64,000 bases of DNA from the NCBI GenBank assembly GCA_002399235.1, contig DHDH01000001.1, positions 97,366 to 161,365 of the forward strand. The letters are read 5' to 3'. The notes below the pieces were generated by a model. That model was not told the DNA's origin, did no database searches, and was given only the letters and a program-made list of their open reading frames with translations. Shown here in pieces: positions 45,591 through 56,415 of the stretch (within the stretch, counting starts at the first letter, position 1; every line of letters begins with the position of its first letter). This DNA is from Firmicutes bacterium UBA4881. GTDB lineage: Bacteria > Bacillota > DTU065. Made by a program: the position numbers and the translations under genes.

Positions 45591-47141
45591 ATGAACTCAT
45601 TGGCGCAGCTAGGTTCACAAACAAAAGAATTCTGGGGAAAATTAGACAAAAAGATCAAGTGGCTCGCCATTATACTCACCGCCCTGGTCTTCATAATTTT
45701 GATTGGAATTACTTTTCTTAATAAAGGAGAAAAGCTAGCTCCTCTCTTTTATGATTTAGAACCAGCAGATGCTGGTCATATCATAGCAATGCTTGACGAA
45801 GACAAAATTACCTACAAGCTGCAAAATGATGGCCGGACTATATTAGTTCCTGCTGATAAAGTCGACAGCCTCAGAATTACGCTAGCAGCCACAGGAAAGG
45901 TAACAGGCGGTGTAGTTGGTTACGAGATATTTGATCAAACCAAATGGGGAATTACCGATTTTGAACAGAAACAACGGTATAAAAGAGCTTTAGAAGGTGA
46001 ATTGATTCGTAGTATCCGTACTCTCGAAGAAGTAAGAGATGTAAGAGTTCACGTAGTTTTACCAGAGCCTTCTCCTTTTATTAGGGAGGAAAGTGTAGCT
46101 ACAGCTTCCGTTGTTTTAACCTTAGAACCATATGCCAAGATTAGTGCGGACAGAATTAAAGGTATCGCCAATTTTATGGCTGGAGCTATTCCAGGTCTTT
46201 TACCGGAAAATGTAACTATTATGGACTCATCTTGGAATATTTTATCAGATCCAGCAATGTTTAAAAGTCTTGGTTATAACCAAACTACTCAACCTACAGA
46301 TCAAATTGAATTGAAGAAAGCTACAGAAAGAGAACTTGAACTAAGATTACAGAGTATGTTAGAACGAGTTTTTGGCTTTGGAAAAGCTGTAGTAAGGGTC
46401 TCGGGAGATTTAGCTTTCGATTATAAAGAAACCAAAGCTGAGATATACGAACCTGTTAATGGTTCCAAAGGAATCATTCGGAGTGAGCAGCAGAATAAAG
46501 AATCACAGACGGGTTCATCATCTCAATTACCTGTGGGCGTTCCAGGTGTAACCAGTAATATTCCGGGTTACCAGATTGCCAATAACACAGAAGATAATAG
46601 TACCTATGATCGAACTGAATCAGTGACAAATTATGAAGTTTCAAAGAGATTAGAACACCATGTGGTAGCTCCAGGTACGATCTCTAGACTCTCTGTTGCT
46701 GTTTGGCTAAACGGAGACTTAGATGAGACAACTAAAAATAAAGTAAGAGAAGTTGTTATCGCTGCTGCAGGCTTGAACTTCGATAGGGGCGATCAACTTA
46801 CGGTCGATAGTCTACCGTTTGCATCTTTGGATGATGCGGCAGATGTAGCTCCGACTACTACAGGAACAGAGGACTTGAAACAATTGGCCTATTTAGCAGC
46901 TGGAATACTGGCTTTAATCATTGTTGCAGTTGTTTATGTAAGACGACAAGCAAGGAAGAAAAAAGAACAGAAAGCGGTTCTGGAAATGGCTGCTGTCTCT
47001 GAAGTAGACCAAGCTATCGAAAACACAATTAAACCAGAAGATACTGGCAAAATGATCCTGGAAAAAGATGTTAAGATATTGGCCCGACAAAAACCTGAAG
47101 AAGTAGCTAAAGTTCTACAAACTTGGCTTAATGAAGAATAA
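45591..47141 (+). CDS. fliF: Flagellar M-ring protein FliF
   Basis: Two TM segments flank a large periplasmic YscJ/FliF domain. 516 aa. Confidence 0.9.
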   Translation: MNSLAQLGSQTKEFWGKLDKKIKWLAIILTALVFIILIGITFLNKGEKLAPLFYDLEPADAGHIIAMLDEDKITYKLQNDGRTILVPADKVDSLRITLAATGKVTGGVVGYEIFDQTKWGITDFEQKQRYKRALEGELIRSIRTLEEVRDVRVHVVLPEPSPFIREESVATASVVLTLEPYAKISADRIKGIANFMAGAIPGLLPENVTIMDSSWNILSDPAMFKSLGYNQTTQPTDQIELKKATERELELRLQSMLERVFGFGKAVVRVSGDLAFDYKETKAEIYEPVNGSKGIIRSEQQNKESQTGSSSQLPVGVPGVTSNIPGYQIANNTEDNSTYDRTESVTNYEVSKRLEHHVVAPGTISRLSVAVWLNGDLDETTKNKVREVVIAAAGLNFDRGDQLTVDSLPFASLDDAADVAPTTTGTEDLKQLAYLAAGILALIIVAVVYVRRQARKKKEQKAVLEMAAVSEVDQAIENTIKPEDTGKMILEKDVKILARQKPEEVAKVLQTWLNEE

Positions 47142-47160
47142 GTGAGGAGGGAATGGCTTA

Positions 47161-48183
47161 ATGCAGCAATACAAGACTAGCCGTGGTGCGATAACAGGTA
47201 GGCAAAAAGCCGCCATCCTCATGGTGACTTTAGGACCTGAACTTTCTGCTAATATCTACAAGCATCTACGCGAAGAAGAAATTGAAGATCTCACGTTAGA
47301 AATTGCTAATATTAGGCGCGTGGAACCTGAGGCTAAAGAAGCGGTACTCTCTGAATTCAAAGAAATTGCTTTAGCTCAAGAGTATATAACTAGTGGTGGT
47401 ATTGAGTATGCTAGAGAACTATTAGACAAAGCTTTTGGTACAGCAAAAGCTGAAGAAATTATCCGGAGACTGACAGCCTCCTTACAAGTAAGGCCCTTCG
47501 ATTTCGCCCGCAGGGCCGATCCTTCTCAACTATTTAACTTTATACAATCCGAACACCCACAAACAATATCGTTAATTATGGCTTATTTACAACCAGAGCA
47601 AGCAGCAACAATACTCTCCGCCTTATCACCAGAACGACAGGCAGAGGTAGCTAGACGATTAGCTACTATGGATAGAACTAATCCAGAAGTGTTAGGTGAG
47701 GTAGAATCGGTTTTAGAGAAAAGACTGGCTAATTTTATCAATCAAGATTCTACTAGTGCTGGAGGTATCCAAGCTACAGTTGAGGTCTTAAATCGAGTTG
47801 ATAGAACAACCGAAAAAACTATTATGGAATCGCTAGAGGATACTGATCCTGAACTAGCCGAAACAATTAAGAAGAGAATGTTTGTCTTTGAAGATATTGT
47901 TATTCTTGATGATCGTTCCATTCAAAGGGTTATTCGTGAAGTCGACTCGAAAGATTGGGCACTATCTCTTAAAGCTAGCAACGAAGCTGTTAAGGAGCGA
48001 GTGTTTAAAAACATGTCGCAAAGAGCTGCGACTATGCTTAAAGAAGAGATTAGTTATCTTGGACCTGTTCGTTTGCGCGATGTTGAAGAAGCCCAGCAAC
48101 GTATCGTTGGCATCATAAGAAAACTTGAAGATGCTGGCGAAATTGTGGTAGGCAGGGGCGGTGAAGATGAGATCGTCCTCTAA
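47161..48183 (+). CDS. fliG: Flagellar motor switch protein FliG
   Basis: FliG architecture with the C-terminal torque helix motif. Confidence 0.9.
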   Translation: MQQYKTSRGAITGRQKAAILMVTLGPELSANIYKHLREEEIEDLTLEIANIRRVEPEAKEAVLSEFKEIALAQEYITSGGIEYARELLDKAFGTAKAEEIIRRLTASLQVRPFDFARRADPSQLFNFIQSEHPQTISLIMAYLQPEQAATILSALSPERQAEVARRLATMDRTNPEVLGEVESVLEKRLANFINQDSTSAGGIQATVEVLNRVDRTTEKTIMESLEDTDPELAETIKKRMFVFEDIVILDDRSIQRVIREVDSKDWALSLKASNEAVKERVFKNMSQRAATMLKEEISYLGPVRLRDVEEAQQRIVGIIRKLEDAGEIVVGRGGEDEIVL

Positions 48184-48922
48184 AATTATTAAAAATAAAT
48201 ATCAAGCGCTAGGCGAACCGGTAGTTATAGAAAACGAAAAAAAAATAGTTGTCGAAGAATTAGCAGCAACTTACGATTATTGGCCAGAAGATATCCCCGA
48301 AGAGGAGCCACAGCCAGTTGATTTAGAGACTCAAAGTGAAGAGCTATACCGAGAGGCTCAAATTAAATCAACTCAGCTATTACAAGCCGCAGAACAAGAT
48401 GCCATAAAAATTAAAGAAAAAGCCTATAATGAGGGTTACAACCAAGGCTTAGAAAAAGCTAAAAATGAATGCGAATTAAAACTACAGTCTGAACTCCAAT
48501 TACTAGGTCAAGTACTAAACGAAGTACCAGATTTAAAAACTAGAACAGTTAAAGAAGCAGAATCAACTCTAACAAAAATATTAGCCTTAGCGGTAGAGAA
48601 AATTATTAGAATTAAAACCGCCAAAGACAACGAGGTAATAGTGAGGCTTTTAGATGAACTATTGCCTCAGGTAGCAGAAACAGAAGAGTTAGTAATTCAG
48701 GTCAATCAAGATGATTTAGAAAGAGTAGCAGAATATAAAGATACCATCGAAGCTCTTTGCCCTAAAGTGAGCGAGATCAAGATAGTTGCTTCAGAAGAAA
48801 TTGAAAAAGGCGGTTGTACTCTTGGTACTAGTGTAGGCAATATTGATGCTAAGCTTGATGTTCAAATTCAGCGTATCTTAGAGAAGATTTATGCTGTAGG
48901 AGCAGGTGATAACCATGAATAA
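48161..48922 (+). CDS. fliH: Flagellar assembly protein FliH
   Basis: In the conserved position between fliG and fliI. Has the charged coiled-coil N-terminus typical of FliH. Confidence 0.7.
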   Translation: MKMRSSSKIIKNKYQALGEPVVIENEKKIVVEELAATYDYWPEDIPEEEPQPVDLETQSEELYREAQIKSTQLLQAAEQDAIKIKEKAYNEGYNQGLEKAKNECELKLQSELQLLGQVLNEVPDLKTRTVKEAESTLTKILALAVEKIIRIKTAKDNEVIVRLLDELLPQVAETEELVIQVNQDDLERVAEYKDTIEALCPKVSEIKIVASEEIEKGGCTLGTSVGNIDAKLDVQIQRILEKIYAVGAGDNHE

Positions 48923-50228
48923 ATGGCAGCATCTGCTTGATGAAATCGCCAGAGTGAAACTGGTTAATGTTCAAGGTCAAATTGACCAGATTACAGGTTT
49001 AGTAATGGAATCGACAGGTCCCAAAGCGAGTATTGGTGAGATCTGTTGTGTAGAAACCTTAAACGAGGAAAAACCTATTCAAGCTGAAGTAGTAGGGTTT
49101 AGAGATAAAAAATTGTTATTGATGCCACTAGGAGAAATGAATGGCGTAGGACCCGGAGCTAAAGTAACAGCTTCTGGGGAACCTTTAACAGTTAATGTAT
49201 CTTCTAAATTACTGGGAAGAGTACTAGATGGATTAGGTCAACCACTAGATGGATTAGGAGATATTGAACTGAGTGTACGTTATCCTATTTTTAATAAACC
49301 TCCTCATCCTTTGAAAAGGCAGAGAATTAGGGAGCCCTTACCCCTTGGCATTAGTGCGATAGATGGACTTTTAACCTGTGGTAAAGGGCAACGGTTGGGT
49401 ATTTTTGCCGGTAGTGGCGTTGGTAAATCTACTTTAATGGGCATGATTGCTCGTAACACAGCTGCTGATGTCAATGTAATTGGCTTAATTGGTGAGCGAG
49501 GCCGTGAGGTAAGAGAGTTCTTAGAAAAAGACTTGCAAGAAGAAGGCTTAGCCCGTTCAGTAGTTGTTGTTTCAACTTCTGATCAACCAGCCTTGTGCCG
49601 ATTAAAGGCAGCTTTTGTCGCCACTACCATAGCCGAGTACTTTCGTGATCAAGGTAAAGATGTTTTACTTATGATGGACTCGGTTACCAGATTTGCCATG
49701 GCTCAAAGAGAAGTTGGCCTCGCGACAGGCGAACCACCAACCACAAGAGGTTATACACCATCGGTTTTTGCTCTTTTGCCACGGTTATTAGAGCGAGCTG
49801 GCGCTGGCGAAAATGGTTCAATTACTGGATTATACACAGTTTTGGTTGAAGGTGATGACCTTAATGAACCTGTGTCTGATACAGTACGGGGAATTCTTGA
49901 TGGGCATATTGTCCTTTCGCGTGACCTAGCATCTAGAGGTCATTATCCAGCGATAGATATTTTAGCTAGTGTTAGCCGTTCAATGCCAGATATAACAACT
50001 AACGACCAAAGAACTCGGGCTAATGAGCTGCACAAAATATTGGCCAACTATAAAGATGCAGAAGATCTAATCAATATTGGCGCTTATGCATCTGGAAGTA
50101 ATCCCGATATTGATTATGCATTAAAGAAAATTGAGCCAGTGCGGAAATTTTTGCAGCAATCAGTACATGACAAGCTAGATTGGCAAGCAACACTAGCGAA
50201 TTTAGAGGCAATATTTGCGGAAGAGTGA
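48906..50228 (+). CDS. fliI: Flagellum-specific ATP synthase FliI
   Basis: Walker A GSGVGKST and an F1/T3SS ATPase core. Confidence 0.9.
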   Translation: MITMNKWQHLLDEIARVKLVNVQGQIDQITGLVMESTGPKASIGEICCVETLNEEKPIQAEVVGFRDKKLLLMPLGEMNGVGPGAKVTASGEPLTVNVSSKLLGRVLDGLGQPLDGLGDIELSVRYPIFNKPPHPLKRQRIREPLPLGISAIDGLLTCGKGQRLGIFAGSGVGKSTLMGMIARNTAADVNVIGLIGERGREVREFLEKDLQEEGLARSVVVVSTSDQPALCRLKAAFVATTIAEYFRDQGKDVLLMMDSVTRFAMAQREVGLATGEPPTTRGYTPSVFALLPRLLERAGAGENGSITGLYTVLVEGDDLNEPVSDTVRGILDGHIVLSRDLASRGHYPAIDILASVSRSMPDITTNDQRTRANELHKILANYKDAEDLINIGAYASGSNPDIDYALKKIEPVRKFLQQSVHDKLDWQATLANLEAIFAEE

Positions 50229-50235
50229 TTGAAAG

Positions 50236-50676
50236 ATGAAAAAATTTCGCTTCCGTTTACAAACTGTATTAGATGTTGCCAAGACAGAAGAAAAATTAGC
50301 TTTAGAGAAGTTTGCTCTTGCTCAAGGAGCAGTATTGAAGGAAAAAGCAATTGGAGAACAATTAAAGCAAAAACTAATTAATCTCCGATCTGTAGGCTAT
50401 ACAACTAGCATCAATGATGTAAAAATGCGTGAGAGTTATGATCAAGTACTCCAAAAGCGACTGAAATTTTCGCGCCAGAGACTTTTGGAACTAGAGAAAG
50501 AGTTGGAAGACAAGCGCCTTGAGCTTCTCAGTAAAGTACAAAAGCGACAATTGCTGGACAATCTTAAAGGCAAGGCTTGGCTGAAATATAAACTGGAAGC
50601 CCAAAGAGAAGAACAGCTCTTTCTGGATGAACTTGGTGTTACTCGCTTCTCCAGAAAAGAGGGGGAGAGCCTATGA
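50236..50676 (+). CDS. fliJ: Flagellar export chaperone FliJ
   Basis: 146 aa coiled-coil protein following fliI. Confidence 0.65.
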   Translation: MKKFRFRLQTVLDVAKTEEKLALEKFALAQGAVLKEKAIGEQLKQKLINLRSVGYTTSINDVKMRESYDQVLQKRLKFSRQRLLELEKELEDKRLELLSKVQKRQLLDNLKGKAWLKYKLEAQREEQLFLDELGVTRFSRKEGESL

Positions 50677-51251
50677 AGTGGTTTACCATTATTTTGATAG
50701 TCATAATCGCCTTAGGCGTTGGTGTTTATGTTTTAAGCGTTGCTAATCTAATAGATCCTGGAGCATTTATCCTTGCAAGGTTAGAAAAAGGGCGCTTAAC
50801 CAAGGAGTTTATGGAAACTTACAAACTTGGTTTGCAAGACCAAGAGTTATTTCAAAAAAAGCAAAATGAGGTTGCAGCAGCGCTAAATGCTTTAGAAGAA
50901 AAACGTTTAGAATTAGCTCAAAAAGAAGCTGCTCTTTTAAAAAAGGAAACTGAATTAAAAGATCAAGAAACCAGAATTTCAGCGAGTATAAACAAACTGC
51001 AATCAGCTGAAGACAAGGAAGTAAAAGTTGTTAATGAAAAAAAAGCTATTAAAGAAGAAGCTATTTTACTTGCCGAGATGGAACCCGGGAAACTGCAAGC
51101 AATTTTAGAGACCATGCCAACAGAAAAGCAGGCTAAAATTCTTGCCGAAATGGACCCGGATACCATAAGAAGCATGCTAGGTAATATGGACCCCCAAAAG
51201 GCTGCTAGCATGCTATCACAAGTTACTAATATTAAGATGGGAGGTGAATAG
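50673..51251 (+). CDS. Flagellar protein, YlxF/MgtE-N-like (FliJ-adjacent)
   Basis: N-terminal TM segment plus a coiled coil and a C-terminal MgtE-N-like segment. Matches the ylxF position in the B. subtilis fla operon. Confidence 0.5.
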   Translation: MKWFTIILIVIIALGVGVYVLSVANLIDPGAFILARLEKGRLTKEFMETYKLGLQDQELFQKKQNEVAAALNALEEKRLELAQKEAALLKKETELKDQETRISASINKLQSAEDKEVKVVNEKKAIKEEAILLAEMEPGKLQAILETMPTEKQAKILAEMDPDTIRSMLGNMDPQKAASMLSQVTNIKMGGE

Positions 51252-52850
51252 ATGGAGATAGTTATAAACTCTTTGCCTTTACCAGTAAAAAAAGATGTTA
51301 GCCCCGAAGATAGTAGTGCCTCTAGAGTAAACTCTGATTCTAATAGCTCATTTAAGCAATATATATCCCAAATTTCTACTACTAAAGGTGATGCTAAAGT
51401 TATCAGTAAGAAACCAGATAATAAAGAGGATTTCTTAACAGAAGAACAAGATAACTCAGTTCCTCCAAGCTTACTTTGGCAACTACTGTGGCAAATCACT
51501 CTTCAAAACGAAAATGCCGAAGCTATAAAAGAGATTAATGGGTCTGATGATTGGCAAACACTCATCAAGAGCCAAGGTGGGCTTGATTCTAGCAAAATAG
51601 AACTTTCTAAAACGAATCCTTTATCTCAAGAAACATTAGACATGTTACTTAGGCAAATAAAGGAACTAGGCTTAACAGAGTCTGCCAACACTGTGCTTAC
51701 CAATATAGCTACTGAAGATGTAACTAATCTTGTTGACATGCAACTCTTAGAGACCTACGAAAGTAGCGAGAACGAATCATTTCTAATAAAAGATGAAACA
51801 GGACATTTAGAAGTCAGACATCTTAATTTAGCCACCAATAATAAAGACAAGTTAGTGGAGGAGCTAAAGGTAGAGAATAATATTTCAATTTTAGAAGAAT
51901 TAAACCTCGGACCTATCGCTAAGAAAGCTAGGCCTAGTGAAGCAAAACCTTTGTTTGGTTTAGTAGCACCAGAAACTCCAGTTAACGCTAGAGAAAAATT
52001 GTTATCTTTAGGTCAAATAAACGCAGCTATATCGGCTTATAGGCTTGGTAAACCTAAACTGCTAAATTCAGAACTTAGTACTTTAACTAAAGATGGAATA
52101 GCAGGAATTGGTAAGGAAAAGATTGCTTTAGCTGGAATTAGTTTAGCAGAGCTAGAAAATAAAGAGTTCCTTCCTGTTAGCAACAGTGAAATTATTCTTT
52201 CTGCTACTAGACTTAGTTTGGAAGCTGACAAAGCTAAGTTGGAGCTACAGAGTAAAAACAACCAAGCAAACATTAGGGAGTCAAGTGACGAAGATAGGCT
52301 TTTCTCAGAGCAAGAAAATGACATTAATTTCCACAACCTTGTAAGTGAGAACTCCTGGCAGGAGAAAATTAATAAGCAATCAGATACTAAATTGGATGTT
52401 TATCAACCAGAAAAGCTTTTCGAGCCCAAAGAGATTCCAGATATTGTTGTGCAAAGAATCAACTTAAATAAACTAGGCAATGAAGAATTAAAACTAAAAT
52501 TGTATCCTAAGGAACTTGGCGAAGTACGCATTGCCATTAATTTCAAGCAAGGCCAGTTAAATGCAGAGTTTAAAACAGAAAATCCTCTTAGTCAGAAATT
52601 AATTGAACAGCAGCTGCCTTTGTTGAAAAAAGCTTTAGAAAGCCAAGGGTTACAACTAGGAGAGTTTAGTTTAGGGACAGGGACTTTTAATCAACAAGGC
52701 AACCACTACACGCAATTAGAGATTGCCAGTGAGTTCTCCTATCTAATGAATGGCAATGTAGATAATGAGGATTACCCACAAAAAGAAAACACAGAAACGG
52801 TGATAGCTTCAACTACACCTAAAGATAGCTTAGTAGACTATAAAGCTTAA
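51252..52850 (+). CDS. fliK: Flagellar hook-length control protein FliK
   Basis: The C-terminal FliK domain (PKELGEVRIAINFKQGQLNAEFKTENPLSQKLIE) follows a long low-complexity N-terminal region. Confidence 0.75.
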   Translation: MEIVINSLPLPVKKDVSPEDSSASRVNSDSNSSFKQYISQISTTKGDAKVISKKPDNKEDFLTEEQDNSVPPSLLWQLLWQITLQNENAEAIKEINGSDDWQTLIKSQGGLDSSKIELSKTNPLSQETLDMLLRQIKELGLTESANTVLTNIATEDVTNLVDMQLLETYESSENESFLIKDETGHLEVRHLNLATNNKDKLVEELKVENNISILEELNLGPIAKKARPSEAKPLFGLVAPETPVNAREKLLSLGQINAAISAYRLGKPKLLNSELSTLTKDGIAGIGKEKIALAGISLAELENKEFLPVSNSEIILSATRLSLEADKAKLELQSKNNQANIRESSDEDRLFSEQENDINFHNLVSENSWQEKINKQSDTKLDVYQPEKLFEPKEIPDIVVQRINLNKLGNEELKLKLYPKELGEVRIAINFKQGQLNAEFKTENPLSQKLIEQQLPLLKKALESQGLQLGEFSLGTGTFNQQGNHYTQLEIASEFSYLMNGNVDNEDYPQKENTETVIASTTPKDSLVDYKA

Positions 52851-52862
52851 GGAGGCGCCGAA

Positions 52863-53282
52863 GTGAGAGTAGAAGGACAACAGTATAGTACTTTAGACCA
52901 AAAGAAAATTAAACCAGAAGGACAACGTGATGTCCTAGGTAAAGACGACTTTCTCAAACTACTGTTAACTCAGTTACAGTACCAAGATCCCTTAAATCCA
53001 GTAAATGATCGGGAATTTATTGCTCAAATGGCTCAATTTAGTAGTCTAGAACAGATGCAAAACATGAACAAGCTCTTGGAGACCTTCACAGGAACTCAAC
53101 ATGCGCTGAGCATGTTTGCCCAAGCGACTAACCTTATTGGATGTAAGGTTAAAGTTGACGATGGTTCCGGCACAGCCAAAGAGGGCACTGTTGATGCAGT
53201 ACGCTTTAGCCAGGCAGGTCCAGTGATCATTGTAGATGGCCATGACTATATGCTTGACGATCTATTAGAGGTAAGCAGGTAG
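52863..53282 (+). CDS. flgD: Flagellar hook capping protein FlgD
   Basis: DFLKLLLTQLQYQDPLNPVNDREFIAQMAQFSSLEQ is the FlgD signature. Confidence 0.85.
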   Translation: MRVEGQQYSTLDQKKIKPEGQRDVLGKDDFLKLLLTQLQYQDPLNPVNDREFIAQMAQFSSLEQMQNMNKLLETFTGTQHALSMFAQATNLIGCKVKVDDGSGTAKEGTVDAVRFSQAGPVIIVDGHDYMLDDLLEVSR

Positions 53283-53290
53283 GTGATTTT

Positions 53291-53659
53291 GTGACCCAAA
53301 TCATTAAAACTAGATTAACACCACCTATTAGACAAGAGCAGACAACGGCTCCTAAACTGCAATCTTCTCAAATGGGGTTCGAACAATATTTAAGTCAAGC
53401 TATAGAGGAGCTGAAGTTTTCTAAGCATGCACTCTCTCGCTTAGGAAGTCGTAATTTGACACCCCAACCAGAACAAATAACCAGGTTAAAAGAGGGCATT
53501 GCGATTGCTAGAAATAAGGGTAGCAAAAACTCTTTAGTTCTCATCGATCGACTGGCTTTTGTGGTTAGTATAAAGAATAACACTGTTGTTACCGCTTTAA
53601 GTTGTGATGAGAAAGACGGCAAAGTATTCACGCAGATTGACAGCACAGTAATTAATTAA
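53291..53659 (+). CDS. Flagellar operon protein (TIGR02530-like, between flgD and flgE)
   Basis: About 120 aa in the characteristic Firmicute position between flgD and flgE. Confidence 0.5.
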   Translation: MTQIIKTRLTPPIRQEQTTAPKLQSSQMGFEQYLSQAIEELKFSKHALSRLGSRNLTPQPEQITRLKEGIAIARNKGSKNSLVLIDRLAFVVSIKNNTVVTALSCDEKDGKVFTQIDSTVIN

Positions 53660-53735
53660 AAAGAAGCGGGACCCGAAAGGGGCGCTTTATGTCGCTGATC
53701 GATGGAAGCGGCATGAATTGGAGGTAAATGTCAAT

Positions 53736-55343
53736 ATGATGCGTTCTCTTTACTCAGGTGTAACAGGCCTGAGAACACACCAAACCAAAATGGACGTAAT
53801 TGGCAATAACATTGCTAATGTCAATACCGTAGGTTTTAAAGGATCAAGAGTTACTTTCCAAGAAATACTCACCCAAACTTTGCGTGGACCAAGTGCACCT
53901 CAAGGAAATAGGGGCGGTATAAACCCTATGCAAGTTGGTCTAGGTGTAGGTCTGGGTACCATTGAAGCTGTTCACTCTCCAGGAAACTTGCAAGGAACAA
54001 GTAACACCTCTGATCTGGCTTTAGAAGGTGATGGATTTTTTATTGTTAGCAATGGCACAAAAAATTACTACACCAGAGCCGGTGCCTTCACTTCCGAAGG
54101 TTTATCGAAGTTAGTAGCTGGCAATAACGGTATGACTGTTATGGGCTGGCGTGCCGATAGAGGCAAAATAGACACTAACAAACCGTTATCTGCACTTGAA
54201 ATCAATAAAGGTGAAGTTCTCGAACCAATAGCTACTACCCAGTTAATTTATAATGGCAACCTTGATGCTAGAACAACAGGTGCTTTTACACTTAAAGTTA
54301 GTCCCTGGACCATCCAAAATGGTAGTGATATAGCTAGACTCAGCTTCAGTCTTGAGCCTACTGGTAATTTTAATGAGTATCGGTATATTGCTTCAGCTAC
54401 AGCGGGCAAGATTGTTGATAACTCAACTAATACAACGGTGGAAAAAATTACAGGAACTATTAAAGTACAAGAAGACGGAACAGTAGAAACTATTACTCAA
54501 GACTCTCCTAATAGTTTCTCTATCTGGGCCAACGACACCGCAAATATTGGCGATTTTAGTTTTAATGAAGCTGATCCTGCAAACTTATTTGCGGTCGGTA
54601 CTAGTGGCAGTCTAGCTCAAACTGATTTTAGTTTTACACCTTCATCCTCTGCGGTAACAGCTGTACAAGTAGTTGATTCACTAGGTACTGAACACGAAAT
54701 AGTTATGAAGTTCACCAAAAAAGACAACAATCTGTGGAAATGGGAAGTTGAATCACCTACTTTAACTGCCTTAGCAGCAACCAATGGTGAGATTGCTTTT
54801 ACTTCTAGCGGTGCAGTCCAAACTATCACCTATATGGATGCTGGTGGTTCACCAGCAGCTTCTTCGGCTATGCGTTTTAGTGTACCTGGCAAAGCAGATA
54901 TTTTAGATATCACACCTGATTTTTATAATATCAATCAATTTGCTCAAACCACTGATCTTAAGAGAGACCAAAATGGTTACAAAATGGGTGTGCTAGAGAA
55001 CTATCTCATCGACTCTAATGGTGTTATTACAGGTATCTATTCTAACGGTTTAAATAGAGCATTAGGTCAGATTGCTGTAGCTAATTTTGCAAACCCAGCT
55101 GGCCTTTTACGAGCTCCTGGTACTTTGTTCGAAGAATCAAGTAACTCAGGTGCTGCTCAGATAGGTACAGCTAACACTGGTGGTAGAGGTTCAATTAAAC
55201 CATCTACTTTAGAAATGTCTAATGTGGATCTATCACAAGAGTTTACCGAGATGATTGTTACTCAAAGAGGCTTCCAGGCTAATTCCCGAATTATTACGAC
55301 TAGCGATGAGATGCTACAAGAAATAGTTAACTTGCGTCGTTAG
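53736..55343 (+). CDS. flgE: Flagellar hook protein FlgE
   Basis: MMRSLYSGVTGLRTHQTKMDVIGNNIANVNTVGFK at the N-terminus and the rod/hook C-terminus QRGFQANSRIITTSDEMLQEIVNLRR. A large central insertion is present. Confidence 0.9.
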   Translation: MMRSLYSGVTGLRTHQTKMDVIGNNIANVNTVGFKGSRVTFQEILTQTLRGPSAPQGNRGGINPMQVGLGVGLGTIEAVHSPGNLQGTSNTSDLALEGDGFFIVSNGTKNYYTRAGAFTSEGLSKLVAGNNGMTVMGWRADRGKIDTNKPLSALEINKGEVLEPIATTQLIYNGNLDARTTGAFTLKVSPWTIQNGSDIARLSFSLEPTGNFNEYRYIASATAGKIVDNSTNTTVEKITGTIKVQEDGTVETITQDSPNSFSIWANDTANIGDFSFNEADPANLFAVGTSGSLAQTDFSFTPSSSAVTAVQVVDSLGTEHEIVMKFTKKDNNLWKWEVESPTLTALAATNGEIAFTSSGAVQTITYMDAGGSPAASSAMRFSVPGKADILDITPDFYNINQFAQTTDLKRDQNGYKMGVLENYLIDSNGVITGIYSNGLNRALGQIAVANFANPAGLLRAPGTLFEESSNSGAAQIGTANTGGRGSIKPSTLEMSNVDLSQEFTEMIVTQRGFQANSRIITTSDEMLQEIVNLRR

Positions 55344-55397
55344 GTAAGGAAAGGCGGCCTTAGTTAGGCCGCCTCCTCGAAGCGGGAGGGATAACTC

Positions 55398-55595
55398 GTG
55401 ATTAAAGTAACAAGGTTAGATGGTAAGGTTATGTACATTAATCCTCAACTAATTGAGTCTATAGAGTCAACACCCGATACAGTTATAACGTTTACTAGTG
55501 GTAAGAAGCATCTTGTTCAAGAGGATGCCGAAACAATAGTAGAGCAGATCTATACTTACAGGCGAAATATCAATTTTAGAGTTCTTGAAGGTTAG
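55398..55595 (+). CDS. flbD: Flagellar protein FlbD
   Basis: 65 aa, MIKVTRLDGKVMYINPQLIESIE matches FlbD. Positioned before motA. Confidence 0.8.
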   Translation: MIKVTRLDGKVMYINPQLIESIESTPDTVITFTSGKKHLVQEDAETIVEQIYTYRRNINFRVLEG

Positions 55596-55608
55596 GGGGT
55601 GAAGGCAC

Positions 55609-56415
55609 ATGGATCTAGGAACAATAAGTGGTTTAATTTTTGGCTGGGTAGTTATTATTATATCAATTATGATGGAGCCTAAAAGCGCAAGTGTCTTTAT
55701 TCATATACCATCGATGCTAATTACTTTTGGTGGTACAATTGGTGCTACAATCACTTACTTTCCTCTGCGAGATATTGTTCAGATTCCAAAATTGTTTTCT
55801 ATTGCGATGAAAGAAACTACAAATGATCCCGCTGAGGTAATTTCGTCGCTGGTACGTTTAGCAGAAAAAGCTCGTCGTGAAGGACTGTTAGCTTTAGAAG
55901 ATGATCTGCAAAATGAACCTGATGAATTTTTGCGCAAAGGTATCCAGCTTGTAGTTGATGGAACCGATCCGGATTTGGTAAGAAGTATTCTGGAAATAGA
56001 AATCTCCTACTTAGAAGAGAGACATCAACTAGGACAAAATATATTTAAGTACATGGGTAGTGTTGCACCAGCTTTTGGTATGATAGGAACCTTGATTGGT
56101 CTAATTCAAATGTTAACAACCCTCGAAAATCCAGATGCTATAGCTTCAGCTATGGGTGTAGCGCTAGTAACTTCTTTCTATGGTGCCATGCTAGCTAACG
56201 TTATGGCTAATCCTATTGCTGGTAAACTAGAGATCCGTTCTCGACAGGAAGTTTTGCTAAAGGAATTGATGGTCGAAGGAATACTATCGTTACAAGCTGG
56301 GGAGAATCCTCGCATTGTAGAAGAAAAACTAAGATCGTTCCTGTCATCCAAAAGAAGAAGCGAGCAACAAAGCGAGAGAAGAGGCCAAGAGCAGGTGATG
56401 CGCAGTGCTTCGTAA
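55609..56415 (+). CDS. motA: Flagellar motor stator protein MotA
   Basis: Four TM segments with PAFGMIGTLIGLIQML at the proton channel. Confidence 0.9.
   Translation: MDLGTISGLIFGWVVIIISIMMEPKSASVFIHIPSMLITFGGTIGATITYFPLRDIVQIPKLFSIAMKETTNDPAEVISSLVRLAEKARREGLLALEDDLQNEPDEFLRKGIQLVVDGTDPDLVRSILEIEISYLEERHQLGQNIFKYMGSVAPAFGMIGTLIGLIQMLTTLENPDAIASAMGVALVTSFYGAMLANVMANPIAGKLEIRSRQEVLLKELMVEGILSLQAGENPRIVEEKLRSFLSSKRRSEQQSERRGQEQVMRSAS

Noticed and set aside
47882-48118. 78 aa + strand ORF inside fliG in another frame
   Set aside because: Embedded entirely within fliG and has no RBS. The fliG frame carries the conserved motifs.
50963-51499. 178 aa antisense ORF spanning ylxF/fliK
   Set aside because: Low-complexity S/L-rich antisense translation. 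The + strand genes are supported by flagellar operon synteny.
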